Of a DNA stretch of 64,000 bases, positions 21,150 to 31,236 are shown in pieces. The position numbers were made by a program, and so were the translations under genes. Source of the stretch: Candidatus Poribacteria bacterium (GTDB lineage Bacteria > Poribacteria > WGA-4E > WGA-3G); NCBI GenBank assembly GCA_965242965.1, contig OZ251518.1, positions 288,001-352,000 of the forward strand, in the 5' to 3' direction. The stretch's first letter is position 1, and every line of letters starts with the position of its first letter. Under the pieces are notes generated by a model. It saw only the letters and a list, made by a program, of their open reading frames with translations. It had not been told where the DNA came from and did not search any database.

Positions 21150-21429
21150 AAGGGTGTTTCATAACTCCGTTTCGGTAACTATCCCCCCTTGGGAGGCGCG
21201 CATCGGGCCCATCTCTGTAGTTCGGGATCGCCTGATCCCGAACGGGTCAAGAGCAGGCGATCTTGACCTACAGGGGTGACGCGGTCTGCCAGCAAAACGA
21301 TGGCGAGGGAAACCCGCTCGCATGCGCGTGTGGCATGCGAGGGCCCTCGCCCTACGTAAAGGGGAGTCGTTTTTTTCACCGAGCGCGTGACCTGTCACCG
21401 CAACGTTGAGCGATTTATGAAACACCCTG
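21150..21429. mobile_element. MITE-like REP cassette with an 11-bp target-site duplication
   Basis: AAGGGTGTTTCATA...TATGAAACACCCTG; AAAATATAAAT at 21139-21149 and 21430-21440; interior colinear with 7533-7797. Confidence 0.85.
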
Positions 21430-21466
21430 AAAATATAAATAGACTACAAAAAGGACTCACATCAAA

Positions 21467-22597
21467 ATGAAAGCACTCCTCAAAAGCCTTGCAGTGGCGA
21501 TACTCTTTATCCTCGCGGTGGGCGCGATTCTCGGTGCCTATATCCTTCAGGCACCGCCGGTTGCGCGACCCGGGCCGCCGAAATTACAAATCCATACGCG
21601 GACTGCGTTACGCGGCAGACCGGATGTGAATTCCAAACCGCTCGCCTACACGAAAGATGTCTACCGACACAGTTTGGCACCGGATTACATCAGCAACTTG
21701 AACAGCGGGGAATTCTCGCCGAAACTGCTGTTCAGCGCGGATTTGGCGCGGCGCGCGCCGTTGGAAGCCGAACGGTTGGACGCAGAATTGCGAGACGGCA
21801 TTGATTGGGAGAAAATGTTCGCCGATTTGACAGAGAACGTTAGGTTCAATGCCCGTTCGTCTGATTTAAAGGTGTTGCTCAGCGGGAAAGAGTGGCATCT
21901 CTTCGATGGGGCTGGCGCGAGGTATAAGGTGGCCCGGGTCCAAAATCGGTTGCATATCTCTCTGCCGGACTTAAGAGAGGCGTTTGAGATTAATAAGGTG
22001 CAGCTCTCCGACAAAACCGAGGCATCTGTTGAAAAGCCGGGGAGACAGTGGATTATCCGCGACATCGGCTATCAGCAGGCGTATACCGTAAAACTTGGCG
22101 GGCAAAAAGGTGAGAAGAAACTGAATGTCTTCCAGCAATCGAAAGTCGAGATTCTCCACTCGCTGTTTGATGCGGATGTGACATCGCAGCCCGCGTTGAC
22201 ATCTGGGCTTCTGAAAGCATCTTCGCAACACTACATTTCGGCAGAACTCCGCGCCGAGTTTGTGGAACAGAACATCGCGCTGACGCGGAAGGCGAAACTA
22301 TCGGTAATTGAAGAAGATAGAGAGTGGCTGATAACCGATGCCGGCCAGAAGTATCGTATCCGTTTGGAAGACGCACCGCAAGATGGCGGAAAAACCTCAA
22401 GGTTGAAGGTATACCTTGACGTGGATAGCGAATGGCTTCGCGTGCGGGTTGATGATAACCTGAAAGGCTGGGTGCAACGGCGGCGCGGGACGGTATTCCA
22501 ACCGCCGCCACCGCAGTTGAGCTCACGTCAACAAGCAAAAGCACGACTTCTGGTGCTGATTGACGACTTAAAATTGAAAATAGGAATAGGAGAATAA
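21467..22597 (+). CDS. Membrane-anchored or exported protein with three ~55-60 aa repeats and SH3b-like ends
   Basis: N-terminal hydrophobic helix; repeats with ELR/DLR..F, W-x-[IL]-x-D-x-G and Y; WLRVRVDDNLKGWV. Confidence 0.7.
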   Translation: MKALLKSLAVAILFILAVGAILGAYILQAPPVARPGPPKLQIHTRTALRGRPDVNSKPLAYTKDVYRHSLAPDYISNLNSGEFSPKLLFSADLARRAPLEAERLDAELRDGIDWEKMFADLTENVRFNARSSDLKVLLSGKEWHLFDGAGARYKVARVQNRLHISLPDLREAFEINKVQLSDKTEASVEKPGRQWIIRDIGYQQAYTVKLGGQKGEKKLNVFQQSKVEILHSLFDADVTSQPALTSGLLKASSQHYISAELRAEFVEQNIALTRKAKLSVIEEDREWLITDAGQKYRIRLEDAPQDGGKTSRLKVYLDVDSEWLRVRVDDNLKGWVQRRRGTVFQPPPPQLSSRQQAKARLLVLIDDLKLKIGIGE

Positions 22598-22642
22598 GCC
22601 ACGCCGATAGGGGCGCGTTAGCCGCTTAATGTCTATAAGACG

Positions 22643-23974
22643 ATGAAAATCCTTTTCCTCTCTCCCACTGTGCCGTTTCCGCTGACTGATGGTGGACGGA
22701 TTCGGGTGTTTAATCTCCTCAAACAGGTTTCCCAGAAATGCGAAGTAACTCTATTGGCATTGGAGACATTGCCTACCGATGCGGAGAGCATCGCGCATCT
22801 GGAACGCTTCGGGATTCAGGTGCATCTCGTCCGACACGGCGGAGAACTTCCACCGGTATCGCTTGGCACAATTCTGAGTGCGTTTCTCAGGCGAGTGCCT
22901 ATCACCGTCGCGCGCTATAACGTGCCTGCCTATCGACAGAAATTTAAAGAATTGGTGGCAACTGAAACCTTCGATCTGGTGCATTATGAAATGTTCCACG
23001 TCGCCCAATTCCACACTGAAACAGATTTGCCAAGCCTTCTTTCACAGCAGAACGTCGATTCTGCCATCTGGCGGCGGCTCTGTCAGGAGACAGCGAATCC
23101 TCTCCGGAAATGCCTGTATTGGACGCAGCAACGCGCTTTTGAACGTTATGAGCGGTTGATTAACCCAAAATTTGACATCGTCACCTGCGCTTCCGAGATA
23201 GACAAGCAGGCATTTCAACGGACAAGCGCGGAAAGCCGTTTTGAGATTATCCCTAATGGGGTGGATATTGAGGACTATCAACCGGATTCCACCCCCGTAG
23301 GCGAGACCTCCCGGTCTCTACTCCCCGTAGGAGAGACCTCTGGTCTCGATGCAATAGAACAAACCTCCGGTCTCAATGCAATAGACGAAACCTCCCGGTC
23401 TCAACACCCCGTAGGAGAGACCTCCCGGTCTCGATTTGACGCGCAAGAACCCCATCTCATCTACATCGGCAGCATGGATTGGTATCCCAACGAAGACGCG
23501 GTAACCTTTTTCGCCGACGAAGTCTTGCCGCGAATCCACGAGAAACTCCCGAACGTTCAATTTTCCGCCGTTGGCGGTAATCCATCGCCGCGCGTGCAAA
23601 AATTAGCGGAGAACCCACAGATTCAGGTTACTGGGCGCGTGCCGGAAATCAAACCGTATTTTGCACGGGCGACTGTGTTTGTCGTGCCGTTGCGCATCGG
23701 GAGCGGCACGCGATTGAAAATTCTTGAGGCATTGGCGATGGGCAAGGCTGTCGTTTCAACCACCGTCGGCGCGGAAGGGTTAGACCTGGGTATCGGGGAG
23801 GAAATTCTCATCGCCGATGAACCGAAAGCGTTTGCAGAAGCGGTGCTTCGTTTGCTCACCGATGTATCTCTGCGTCGCAGACTCGGTGAAAAGGGCCGCG
23901 CGCGCGTGGAACGAGATTACGATTGGCGCAGCATCGGAGAAAAACTGCTTAGGCTTTATGAGTCGCTTTGTTGA
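22643..23974 (+). CDS. GT4-family glycosyltransferase with an in-frame REP-derived insert
   Basis: PFPLTDGGRIR, IIPNGVD, GSMDWYPN and GSGTRLKILEALAMG. Confidence 0.92.
   Translation: MKILFLSPTVPFPLTDGGRIRVFNLLKQVSQKCEVTLLALETLPTDAESIAHLERFGIQVHLVRHGGELPPVSLGTILSAFLRRVPITVARYNVPAYRQKFKELVATETFDLVHYEMFHVAQFHTETDLPSLLSQQNVDSAIWRRLCQETANPLRKCLYWTQQRAFERYERLINPKFDIVTCASEIDKQAFQRTSAESRFEIIPNGVDIEDYQPDSTPVGETSRSLLPVGETSGLDAIEQTSGLNAIDETSRSQHPVGETSRSRFDAQEPHLIYIGSMDWYPNEDAVTFFADEVLPRIHEKLPNVQFSAVGGNPSPRVQKLAENPQIQVTGRVPEIKPYFARATVFVVPLRIGSGTRLKILEALAMGKAVVSTTVGAEGLDLGIGEEILIADEPKAFAEAVLRLLTDVSLRRRLGEKGRARVERDYDWRSIGEKLLRLYESLC
23297..23434. repeat. In-frame tandem REP insertion in the glycosyltransferase
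   Basis: Five variably decayed GTAGGAGAGACCTCCCGGTCTC copies (protein PVGETSRS). Confidence 0.9.
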
Positions 23975-23986
23975 TTTAGATTCCCC

Positions 23987-24325
23987 GGTAGGAGGGACAT
24001 CCTTGTCCCGATACCTCGGTAGGAGGGACATCCTTGTCCCGATGCAATAGGGCGGCGCGCCTACCGGGGTCGCGGCGGCAGAAGGTCCCCCTTCATCGTA
24101 GGGCGAGGGCCTGTCCCTCGCCATCGTCCGCGCGCCAGACCCTGTAGGTCAGGATCGCCTGATCCTGACCCGTTTGTGATCAGGCGATCACAAACTACAG
24201 AGGGAAACACACATCGGGACGATGACGCTCGCGGGGGACAGGCCCCCGCGCTACGGTAAAGTATCAAGCCCCTTTGTCTCTCCTACGGGAAGAAATCGAG
24301 ACCCGAGGTCTCTCCTACCGGTAGG
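23987..24325. repeat. Mixed REP-like cluster
   Basis: GTAG-headed palindromes of several families. Confidence 0.9.
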
Positions 24326-24398
24326 AAATTTCTCTTGCATTTCTATCTTGTTTTTGGTAGAATTATCCATCATCTTTAAAAAATAGGATGGAAACGAA

Positions 24399-25670
24399 AT
24401 GGCACTTCCAAAAATGACGCGGATACAGCAGCAGTTTGAGGCACCTGTCCTCACGGATATCCGCGCGACAATTCACGAGGAATTAGCACGGATTGACGCA
24501 TCCTCCATTGTGCGTCGCGGTGATACCGTGGCGATTACCGCCGGTAGCCGCGGCGTTGCGAACGTCGCCACCGCGGTGAAGGCGACAGCAGATTATCTCA
24601 AAACTATCGGCGCGCAACCTTTCGTTGTTCCCGCGATGGGGAGCCACGGCGGCGCAACTCCCGAGGGCCAACGAAGCGTGTTAGAACATTACGGCATCAC
24701 CGAAGAAACCGTTGGGGTGCCAGTGAAGGCGACAATGGATGTCGTGGAACTCGGTAAAACAGCACTCGGTTTACCCGTGTTTCTCGACCGGTTCGCCGCT
24801 GAGGCAGACCACGTGGTGCCGATTAACCGCATCAAAGCGCACACCGATTTCAACGGCTCAATTGAGAGTGGAGTGATGAAAATGATGGTGATCGGCCTTG
24901 GGAAACAGAAAGGCGCGAATCTCTATCACCGCGCCTTCTTTCAATACGGATTTGAAAACGTTATCACGGCTGTCGGCGGGTTTATGCTTGATACCGGGCG
25001 GATTGCTTTTGGCATCGGGCTCCTTGAAAACGCGCACGAGCAGACTGCGAAGGCGGTTGCGATGCCCGCGCGCCAACTCCTCCAGACCGAACGTCAGCTG
25101 CTCGTTGAGGCGAAATCGTTGATGGGCAGGCTTCCGTTCGATGAACTTGATTTGCTGATTATTGACTGGGTTGGCAAGAACATCAGCGGCACCGGTATGG
25201 ACACGAACGTCATCGGCAGAATGATGCAGAACTTTGAACCGGAACCGGCGAAACCGGCCATCTTGCGGATATTTGTCCGCGATTTGACAGAAGAGAGCGA
25301 TGGCAACGCGACCGGCATCGGCTTGGCGGATTTCACGACGACACGGCTCGTGAACCAGATCGACAGGCATGCAACCTACATGAACGGCATCACCGCGCTT
25401 GGCCCGCAGAAGTCGAAGATACCTTTCTACTACGACACTGACAAGGAAGCAATTTCGGTGGCACTGGATACCATTGGGCTTACCGCACCAGAAGACGCGC
25501 GCGTCATTCGGATTGAAAGCACGTTGAGGTTAACCGAGCTTGACATCTCCGAGGCTCTCCTTGAGGATGCGCAACTCCACACAAGCCTCAAGGTAATCAG
25601 TGAAACCAAGCCGTTCGATTTTGATGCCGCTGGCAACCTGATGCCGTTTTCCAAGGAGACACCGCATTGA
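24399..25670 (+). CDS. LarA-like / DUF362-DUF2088-type protein (lactate racemase superfamily)
   Basis: AGSRG, PAMGSHGGAT, NRIKAHTDF and GKNISGTGMDTN. Confidence 0.75.
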   Translation: MALPKMTRIQQQFEAPVLTDIRATIHEELARIDASSIVRRGDTVAITAGSRGVANVATAVKATADYLKTIGAQPFVVPAMGSHGGATPEGQRSVLEHYGITEETVGVPVKATMDVVELGKTALGLPVFLDRFAAEADHVVPINRIKAHTDFNGSIESGVMKMMVIGLGKQKGANLYHRAFFQYGFENVITAVGGFMLDTGRIAFGIGLLENAHEQTAKAVAMPARQLLQTERQLLVEAKSLMGRLPFDELDLLIIDWVGKNISGTGMDTNVIGRMMQNFEPEPAKPAILRIFVRDLTEESDGNATGIGLADFTTTRLVNQIDRHATYMNGITALGPQKSKIPFYYDTDKEAISVALDTIGLTAPEDARVIRIESTLRLTELDISEALLEDAQLHTSLKVISETKPFDFDAAGNLMPFSKETPH

Positions 25671-26257
25671 AAAGATTGATTGTAGGTATCACTGGTGCGA
25701 GCGCGGTTATCTACGGCGTTCGCCTGCTAGAAGTGCTCACCAAGCAAACGGAAATTGAGGTGCATCTGACGATCTCCGCCTCCGGTGCGCGCGCTTTGTG
25801 GGAAGAACTTCAGATTGAGGTGGATATTGATAACTTTCGGCTGGACTCGCTGATTGGGATTTCGTCGGAGCGCGTCATTTATCACCATCAATCCGACATC
25901 GGTGCCGCCATCGCCAGCGGTTCTTTCCGCACGGAAGGGATGATTGTCGTGCCGTGTAGCATGGGGACTGTCGCTTCGATTGCATCGGGAATTTCGCGTA
26001 ATCTTATCCAGCGCGCCGCAGATGTGTGCATCAAGGAACGCCGCAAACTGGTAATTGTCCCGCGCGAAACGCCGCTGAGTGCCATCCATCTGGAGAATAT
26101 GCTGAAGTTGTCGCGCCTTGGAGTGTGTGTGCTGCCGGCGATGCCGGGGTTCTATCACTTCCCCAAAACCGTCGATGATCAGATTAATTTCGTGGTGACG
26201 AAAATCTTGGATCAGTTCGGCATGGATACCGGGTTGATTCAGCGATGGAAGGAGTAG
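25667..26257 (+). CDS. ubiX: Flavin prenyltransferase UbiX
   Basis: GITGASA, IASGS, PCSM, RAADV, PRETP and PAMPGFY. Confidence 0.95.
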   Translation: MKRLIVGITGASAVIYGVRLLEVLTKQTEIEVHLTISASGARALWEELQIEVDIDNFRLDSLIGISSERVIYHHQSDIGAAIASGSFRTEGMIVVPCSMGTVASIASGISRNLIQRAADVCIKERRKLVIVPRETPLSAIHLENMLKLSRLGVCVLPAMPGFYHFPKTVDDQINFVVTKILDQFGMDTGLIQRWKE

Positions 26258-26329
26258 GTGTAGCAATTGCTGCTGACACGAATCTGAGCCAGATTTGCGG
26301 TTCAGTCCGGGAATGGAAATCTCACGAAA

Positions 26330-27178
26330 ATGCGCAAACTCAAAATTATCTTAGAGATGATTAAGTTTGAACATACCGTCTTCGCGCTGCCGTTTGCGGT
26401 GATGAGTGCCTTCATCGCCGCTGATGGGTTGCCATCGCTGGATAAACTGGGTTGGATTCTCGTTGCGATGGTGGGGGCTCGCAGTTGCGCGATGGCGTTC
26501 AACCGCCTTGCTGATGCTGATATCGACAGGGTTAACCCGCGGACTGCGGCGCGTGCAATTCCCGCCGGTCTCATCACGAAAGGGGCAGTGTGGGGCTTCA
26601 CCATTGTTTCTGCGGGACTCTTGGTGCTTGCCGCATGGCGACTCAATCCCCTCGCCTTAGCACTATCCCCGGTTGCCATTGCCGTGATTATGGGATATTC
26701 CTATACCAAACGTTTCACGGCGATGTCTCACTTTTGGTTAGGGCTTGCGCTCTCTATCTCACCTGTCGGTGCGTGGATTGCGATAAAAGGCAGATTTGAC
26801 TGGCCGCCGGTGGTGCTTTGTCTCGTTGTCTTGCTCTGGACAGCCGGATTTGACATCATCTACGCTTGTCAAGATGTCAACTTTGACAGGAAGCATGGTC
26901 TCCATTCGATACCGGCGCGGCTCGGTATCCGGTGGGCATTATGGCTTTCGTCTGCGTTGCATGTCGTCGCGGTGTTGCTCCTCCTCGGTATTCCTTTGCT
27001 CACTGAATTGGGCATCCTCTATTTCGTAGGGGTGGGGATTGTGATGATAATCTTTGTTTATGAACACGCCATCGTCAAGCCGAACGATTTGTCCCGTGTC
27101 AACCTCGCCTTTTTTACGCTAAACGGCATGATTAGTTTGGTTTTGATGGTGCTTTCTATCGCTGATATTTTGCTGTAG
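26330..27178 (+). CDS. UbiA-family polyprenyltransferase (MqnP-like)
   Basis: KFEHTVFALPFA, NRLADADIDRVNPRT and GFDIIYACQD. Confidence 0.92.
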   Translation: MRKLKIILEMIKFEHTVFALPFAVMSAFIAADGLPSLDKLGWILVAMVGARSCAMAFNRLADADIDRVNPRTAARAIPAGLITKGAVWGFTIVSAGLLVLAAWRLNPLALALSPVAIAVIMGYSYTKRFTAMSHFWLGLALSISPVGAWIAIKGRFDWPPVVLCLVVLLWTAGFDIIYACQDVNFDRKHGLHSIPARLGIRWALWLSSALHVVAVLLLLGIPLLTELGILYFVGVGIVMIIFVYEHAIVKPNDLSRVNLAFFTLNGMISLVLMVLSIADILL

Positions 27179-27206
27179 AAACGATTTCTGGAGAAAAATT
27201 CTAACG

Positions 27207-28031
27207 ATGAAACTTTCACTTTCCGTCCGCGTCGCAGAAACCGCATCCAAAAAGGATGCAACCCATACCTTCAAGCAACTGACCGGATTGGCGGCAGAAC
27301 TGGGCTACGAAGCGGTTTGCATGCGGGCATCGCAAGTCGGTATCCAATCGCCTCTGGAGCAGATTACCGCCGCACGTAAACAGGCGCAATCCCATAACTT
27401 GCACATCTCCATGGTTACGGGCGATTTTGCCGTGCCTATCAATAATGACGAAGGACCCGACGGACTCCGCAACATCACGCCTTATCTCGATTTAACGGAG
27501 CTTCTCGGCGCAGACCTGATTCGCATCGCGATGAAGGTGGAAGCGGATATTCCGTGGGCGCAGCGCGCCGCCGATGAGGCAGCTGAACGCGGCATTCGTC
27601 TCGCGCATCAGTCGCATACGCAAAGCCTCTTTGAAACGGTGGCGGGTTCTATTGACGTGCTGAAACGCATCGGCAGAGCCAATTTCGGGATTATCTATGA
27701 ACCGGCGAACCTCGATTTGTGTGGACAAGATTACGGCGTTGAGACGCTCAAGCGGTTTTCACCGCATCTCTTCAACGTCTATCTTCAGAACCACATCCGC
27801 CGCCCGGAAGGGAAAACGCATCTCTTAACATGGATTCAGGGAGTTGTCCCGCACGACATGATTCCTTTGCAACAAGAAGGCGGCATCGATTTCCCGCTTG
27901 TCTTTCGTGGACTCGAGGCGATTGGTTACGATGGCTACGTCACGGTGCATCAGGCGTTCCGCGAGATAATGGAACCTGAAGACGCAGCGGCGCAGAGTTA
28001 TGCGTATCTCAAGCCGTTTTGCAAGGGGTGA
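27207..28031 (+). CDS. Sugar phosphate isomerase/epimerase (xylose isomerase-like TIM barrel)
   Basis: LGYEAV, GIIYEPAN and GGIDF..GYDGYVTV. Confidence 0.8.
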   Translation: MKLSLSVRVAETASKKDATHTFKQLTGLAAELGYEAVCMRASQVGIQSPLEQITAARKQAQSHNLHISMVTGDFAVPINNDEGPDGLRNITPYLDLTELLGADLIRIAMKVEADIPWAQRAADEAAERGIRLAHQSHTQSLFETVAGSIDVLKRIGRANFGIIYEPANLDLCGQDYGVETLKRFSPHLFNVYLQNHIRRPEGKTHLLTWIQGVVPHDMIPLQQEGGIDFPLVFRGLEAIGYDGYVTVHQAFREIMEPEDAAAQSYAYLKPFCKG

Positions 28032-28035
28032 TTCT

Positions 28036-29538
28036 ATGAGCACGCAACGTCCTAATATCCTCATCGTTACGACGGACCAGCAGCGGACGGATAGCCTCGG
28101 TTGCTATGGCTCAGCGTTTACAGATACCCCGCATCTTGACAGATTGGCAAGTGAAGGTGTCTGTTTTGAGCGTGCATATTGCGCGAATCCGGTCTGCACG
28201 CCTGCCCGCGCGTCAATCTTTTCTGGACGATACGTTAGCCGGCACGGCGCATGGAATGTCGGCATGAACGTGCCTGACGATGAATTAATGATTTCGCATC
28301 GACTCGCCGATGTCGGGTATCGCACGCACTATATTGGTAAGGCGCATTTTCAACCGTTCGGCGCATCCGCCGCGCAATCTGTGGAAGCGCGAGGCGACAC
28401 GAATCGCTATCCCGAATTCAGCGGGCCTTACTACGGATTTGAGACGGTAGAACTCGCTCTGGGCCATGCCACTTACGGCATTGCTGGCCATTATGGAGAG
28501 TGGGTAAAAACCCAGGTATCGGGGGAGGTGTTTGCGAGTTATTCCAAAGCGACGCGCCTTGCAAAAACCGGCTTCGGCGGCGAAGCGTATGATTGGCATA
28601 TACCGCTGAAATATCACAATAGCGTCTGGACAGCAGATAGGACGATAGATTTCCTGACAAACCGAGACAGAACTCAGCCGTTCCTCTTGGCGGTGGGATT
28701 TCAGGATCCGCACCATCCACACTGCGTCCCTATTGACTTTGAAGAACGCATTAACCCGGGAGAAGTTCCGCTCCCCGATTTTGTGGCAGGCGAATTAGAG
28801 GATAAGCCGCCCCATTTTTTGGAAGCACACTGTGGGCAGCTTGAAAAATCCGACATCCGCGGCACATTTCCGATTGCTGGACAAGGGGGTGGTGCCGATT
28901 TCCGACGAGTCTCCGATGATGATGCCCGATTGGGAAGAGCATATTACCATAATATGGTGAAAATCATTGATTCGCAGATGGGACGCATTTTGGCGTGTTT
29001 AGATGCGTGCGGGTTGACTGAAAACACGCTGGTGATTTTCACGACAGACCACGGTGAATTGCTCGGGGACCACGGATTGTGGATGAAAGGTCCTTTTCAC
29101 TACGAACAACTTATCCGTGTGCCGATGTTAATGCGGATGCCTTCAGCCATGCCCGCAGGCCTCCGCACGCAGGCGTTATTCAGCCACGTCGACATTGTGC
29201 CGACAATTCTTGGGGCTGTTGGATTGGATGCGCCATCAGATACAGATGGTATAAGTGCTTTGCCGCTGTCCACCGGCGGAAGAGATGCTGTGCTGGTTGA
29301 ATGCGTGGATGATCCGCGCGGTTTACGCCTCAAAACTGTCGTGACTGATACACGGAAATTGACTTGGTATTGTGGGGAAACCTACGGTGAACTCTACGAT
29401 TTGGAGGCAGACCCGGGTGAGCGGATAAATCAGTGGGATAACGCCGCCTACGCCGCTGACAAGGCACATCTCCTCAGCCGTATTCTAGAGGAAATGGAGC
29501 CTTTGGAGAGACGCGTGGAACGGCTCTCTTACGCATAA
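28036..29538 (+). CDS. Cys-type sulfatase
   Basis: PNILIVTTDQQR, CTPARAS, GKAH, TTDHG and ELYDL. Confidence 0.93.
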   Translation: MSTQRPNILIVTTDQQRTDSLGCYGSAFTDTPHLDRLASEGVCFERAYCANPVCTPARASIFSGRYVSRHGAWNVGMNVPDDELMISHRLADVGYRTHYIGKAHFQPFGASAAQSVEARGDTNRYPEFSGPYYGFETVELALGHATYGIAGHYGEWVKTQVSGEVFASYSKATRLAKTGFGGEAYDWHIPLKYHNSVWTADRTIDFLTNRDRTQPFLLAVGFQDPHHPHCVPIDFEERINPGEVPLPDFVAGELEDKPPHFLEAHCGQLEKSDIRGTFPIAGQGGGADFRRVSDDDARLGRAYYHNMVKIIDSQMGRILACLDACGLTENTLVIFTTDHGELLGDHGLWMKGPFHYEQLIRVPMLMRMPSAMPAGLRTQALFSHVDIVPTILGAVGLDAPSDTDGISALPLSTGGRDAVLVECVDDPRGLRLKTVVTDTRKLTWYCGETYGELYDLEADPGERINQWDNAAYAADKAHLLSRILEEMEPLERRVERLSYA

Positions 29539-29552
29539 AAAAGGATCTTTCA

Positions 29553-30311
29553 ATGTCACAAACTGCAATTTTTCATCCATACACTTTCGGTGAGGAAGAA
29601 CGGAAAACCATGGACAGGGACGGGCATTTCGTTTTCCCCGGGCTGCTGGTGTCGGATGCACAGGAACAATTACAAAAATCCCTGTCGCACATTCAGACAT
29701 TAGCACGCGACGGTAAGGCGGGCCACGAACCGAACCGATTTTCAGCGGAGTATGACAGTTATCTTGAAAGCCTCATTGCGCATCCGCAGCTGCTGGAGCT
29801 CGCGCGGAAAGTGCTTGGTGACGAAATCCGATTTGACCATTGCGTCAGCCTAAATCGTCCCGGTGGCAACCGCGGTATCGGCTGGCACAGTCACGGATAC
29901 GCCGAGGATGAACCGCGCTTAGGGTTCGTCCGAATCTTCTTCTACGTCAACGGATTTGAGGCTGACGATGGCGGGTTGAAGGCGGTGCCCGGAAGTCATC
30001 TGTATCGGGATGCTAAAATTCATGCCGCGTCGGATGAGGTGTTACGAGCAGGGTGGATGGCAGGCAAAACGCATCCGGAGACAGGAGAACTCTTGGAAAT
30101 TGAAGCGTTATCCGCACCGCCGGGGACGGTAGTGTTGATGTGGACACACGCCGCACACGCGGTTAATCCAAGAAAACCGGGGAGTCATACGCGATGGTGC
30201 GTCGTCTACGCCTACCGAAACCCCGGTAGCCCCTCGGGTGCCAGATGGATTACCCCTGAATTTGAGAGGAAACCGATTCCGGGTGCGGAAGGGTTGATGC
30301 CGCTATACTAA
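29553..30311 (+). CDS. PhyH-family dioxygenase
   Basis: DGHFVFPG, WHSH, VPGSH, PGTVVL..H..H and R. Confidence 0.8.
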   Translation: MSQTAIFHPYTFGEEERKTMDRDGHFVFPGLLVSDAQEQLQKSLSHIQTLARDGKAGHEPNRFSAEYDSYLESLIAHPQLLELARKVLGDEIRFDHCVSLNRPGGNRGIGWHSHGYAEDEPRLGFVRIFFYVNGFEADDGGLKAVPGSHLYRDAKIHAASDEVLRAGWMAGKTHPETGELLEIEALSAPPGTVVLMWTHAAHAVNPRKPGSHTRWCVVYAYRNPGSPSGARWITPEFERKPIPGAEGLMPLY

Positions 30312-30416
30312 CCGTTGAAACGCCCGGGTAGGAGAGACCTCCTGGTCTCAATGCGCAGTTGATGCCGCTATACTAGCCGTTGAACAAACCCAGTAGGCGC
30401 GGTTTCAAACCGCGCC
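30293..30416. repeat. 27-bp direct repeat of the gene end, each copy followed by a different REP
   Basis: gttgatgccgctatactaRccgttgaa at 30293 and 30358; REPs at 30328 and 30393. Confidence 0.8.
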
Positions 30417-30444
30417 TCCAGAAATAATCGTGATTCCGAATGCG

Positions 30445-31236
30445 CTACCGCATCCGTTTGATGCGCGCCCATGTACTCGCCAACTTGCCAACGGCAGAGA
30501 CATCGGAAGCCGTCTCCAGTCCGTTGTCCATGATGTCCTTGAGCACGTCATCAGTGAGTGGCGTGTTAAAAACGCCGACATCGTCCAGCACTCCCCTGAA
30601 GTCCCAACCCGGATTTTTCCATGTCGCGAGCCAGATTGAGCCTTGGTGTTGCGCGGGCGTTGCCGCATGCGGCTTGTCATCAGCTTTTCCGACGGCTTTA
30701 TCGGCGACGAACTCTCCATCAACGTAGAGTTGAATCACATCGCCATCGTAAGTGATTGCGACAAAACTCCACGCATCCTGTTTCCACGCGCCGCCTCGGA
30801 CATGCGTTGCCGCCTGATCAGCGTTGACAGCGATGCTGCCATAAAAATCAGCGGGACCGATTTGTATGGTAGGATTGTGCCAATCCCGTTCGATCACGCG
30901 CGTGTTGACGTTGGGTGGATCCTCGGTGGGTTTTACCCAGAGTAGGTAAGTGAAGCCGTTGAGATAATCATCGGTTGTTTTGCTCGCCGGTATCTCAACG
31001 TGCCCGGTGCCATCGAACTCAAGTCCCTTTCCGAATTTTCCGTTCACCCATTTCGCCTTCACGCTCTTCCCATCGTTTCCGTTTCCGGAAGAGTCTTTGA
31101 CAGTGTCGCCCTGTCCTTCGTCAAGCAGCCAGATGCCGACAATTGAACCCGGATCGATTTTGGCATTGGCGTTCTCGACAGAGATTGCCAGCAAACTTAT
31201 GAGACAGAGCATTATTATCCATGTTAGATTTTTCAT
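30445..31236 (-). CDS. Secreted LamG-like jellyroll protein
   Basis: Signal peptide; WLLDEGQG..DSSGNG, GKFGKGLEFDG, LYVDG and GVLDDV; C-terminal VGKLASTWARIK. Confidence 0.88.
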   Translation of the reverse strand: MKNLTWIIMLCLISLLAISVENANAKIDPGSIVGIWLLDEGQGDTVKDSSGNGNDGKSVKAKWVNGKFGKGLEFDGTGHVEIPASKTTDDYLNGFTYLLWVKPTEDPPNVNTRVIERDWHNPTIQIGPADFYGSIAVNADQAATHVRGGAWKQDAWSFVAITYDGDVIQLYVDGEFVADKAVGKADDKPHAATPAQHQGSIWLATWKNPGWDFRGVLDDVGVFNTPLTDDVLKDIMDNGLETASDVSAVGKLASTWARIKRMR

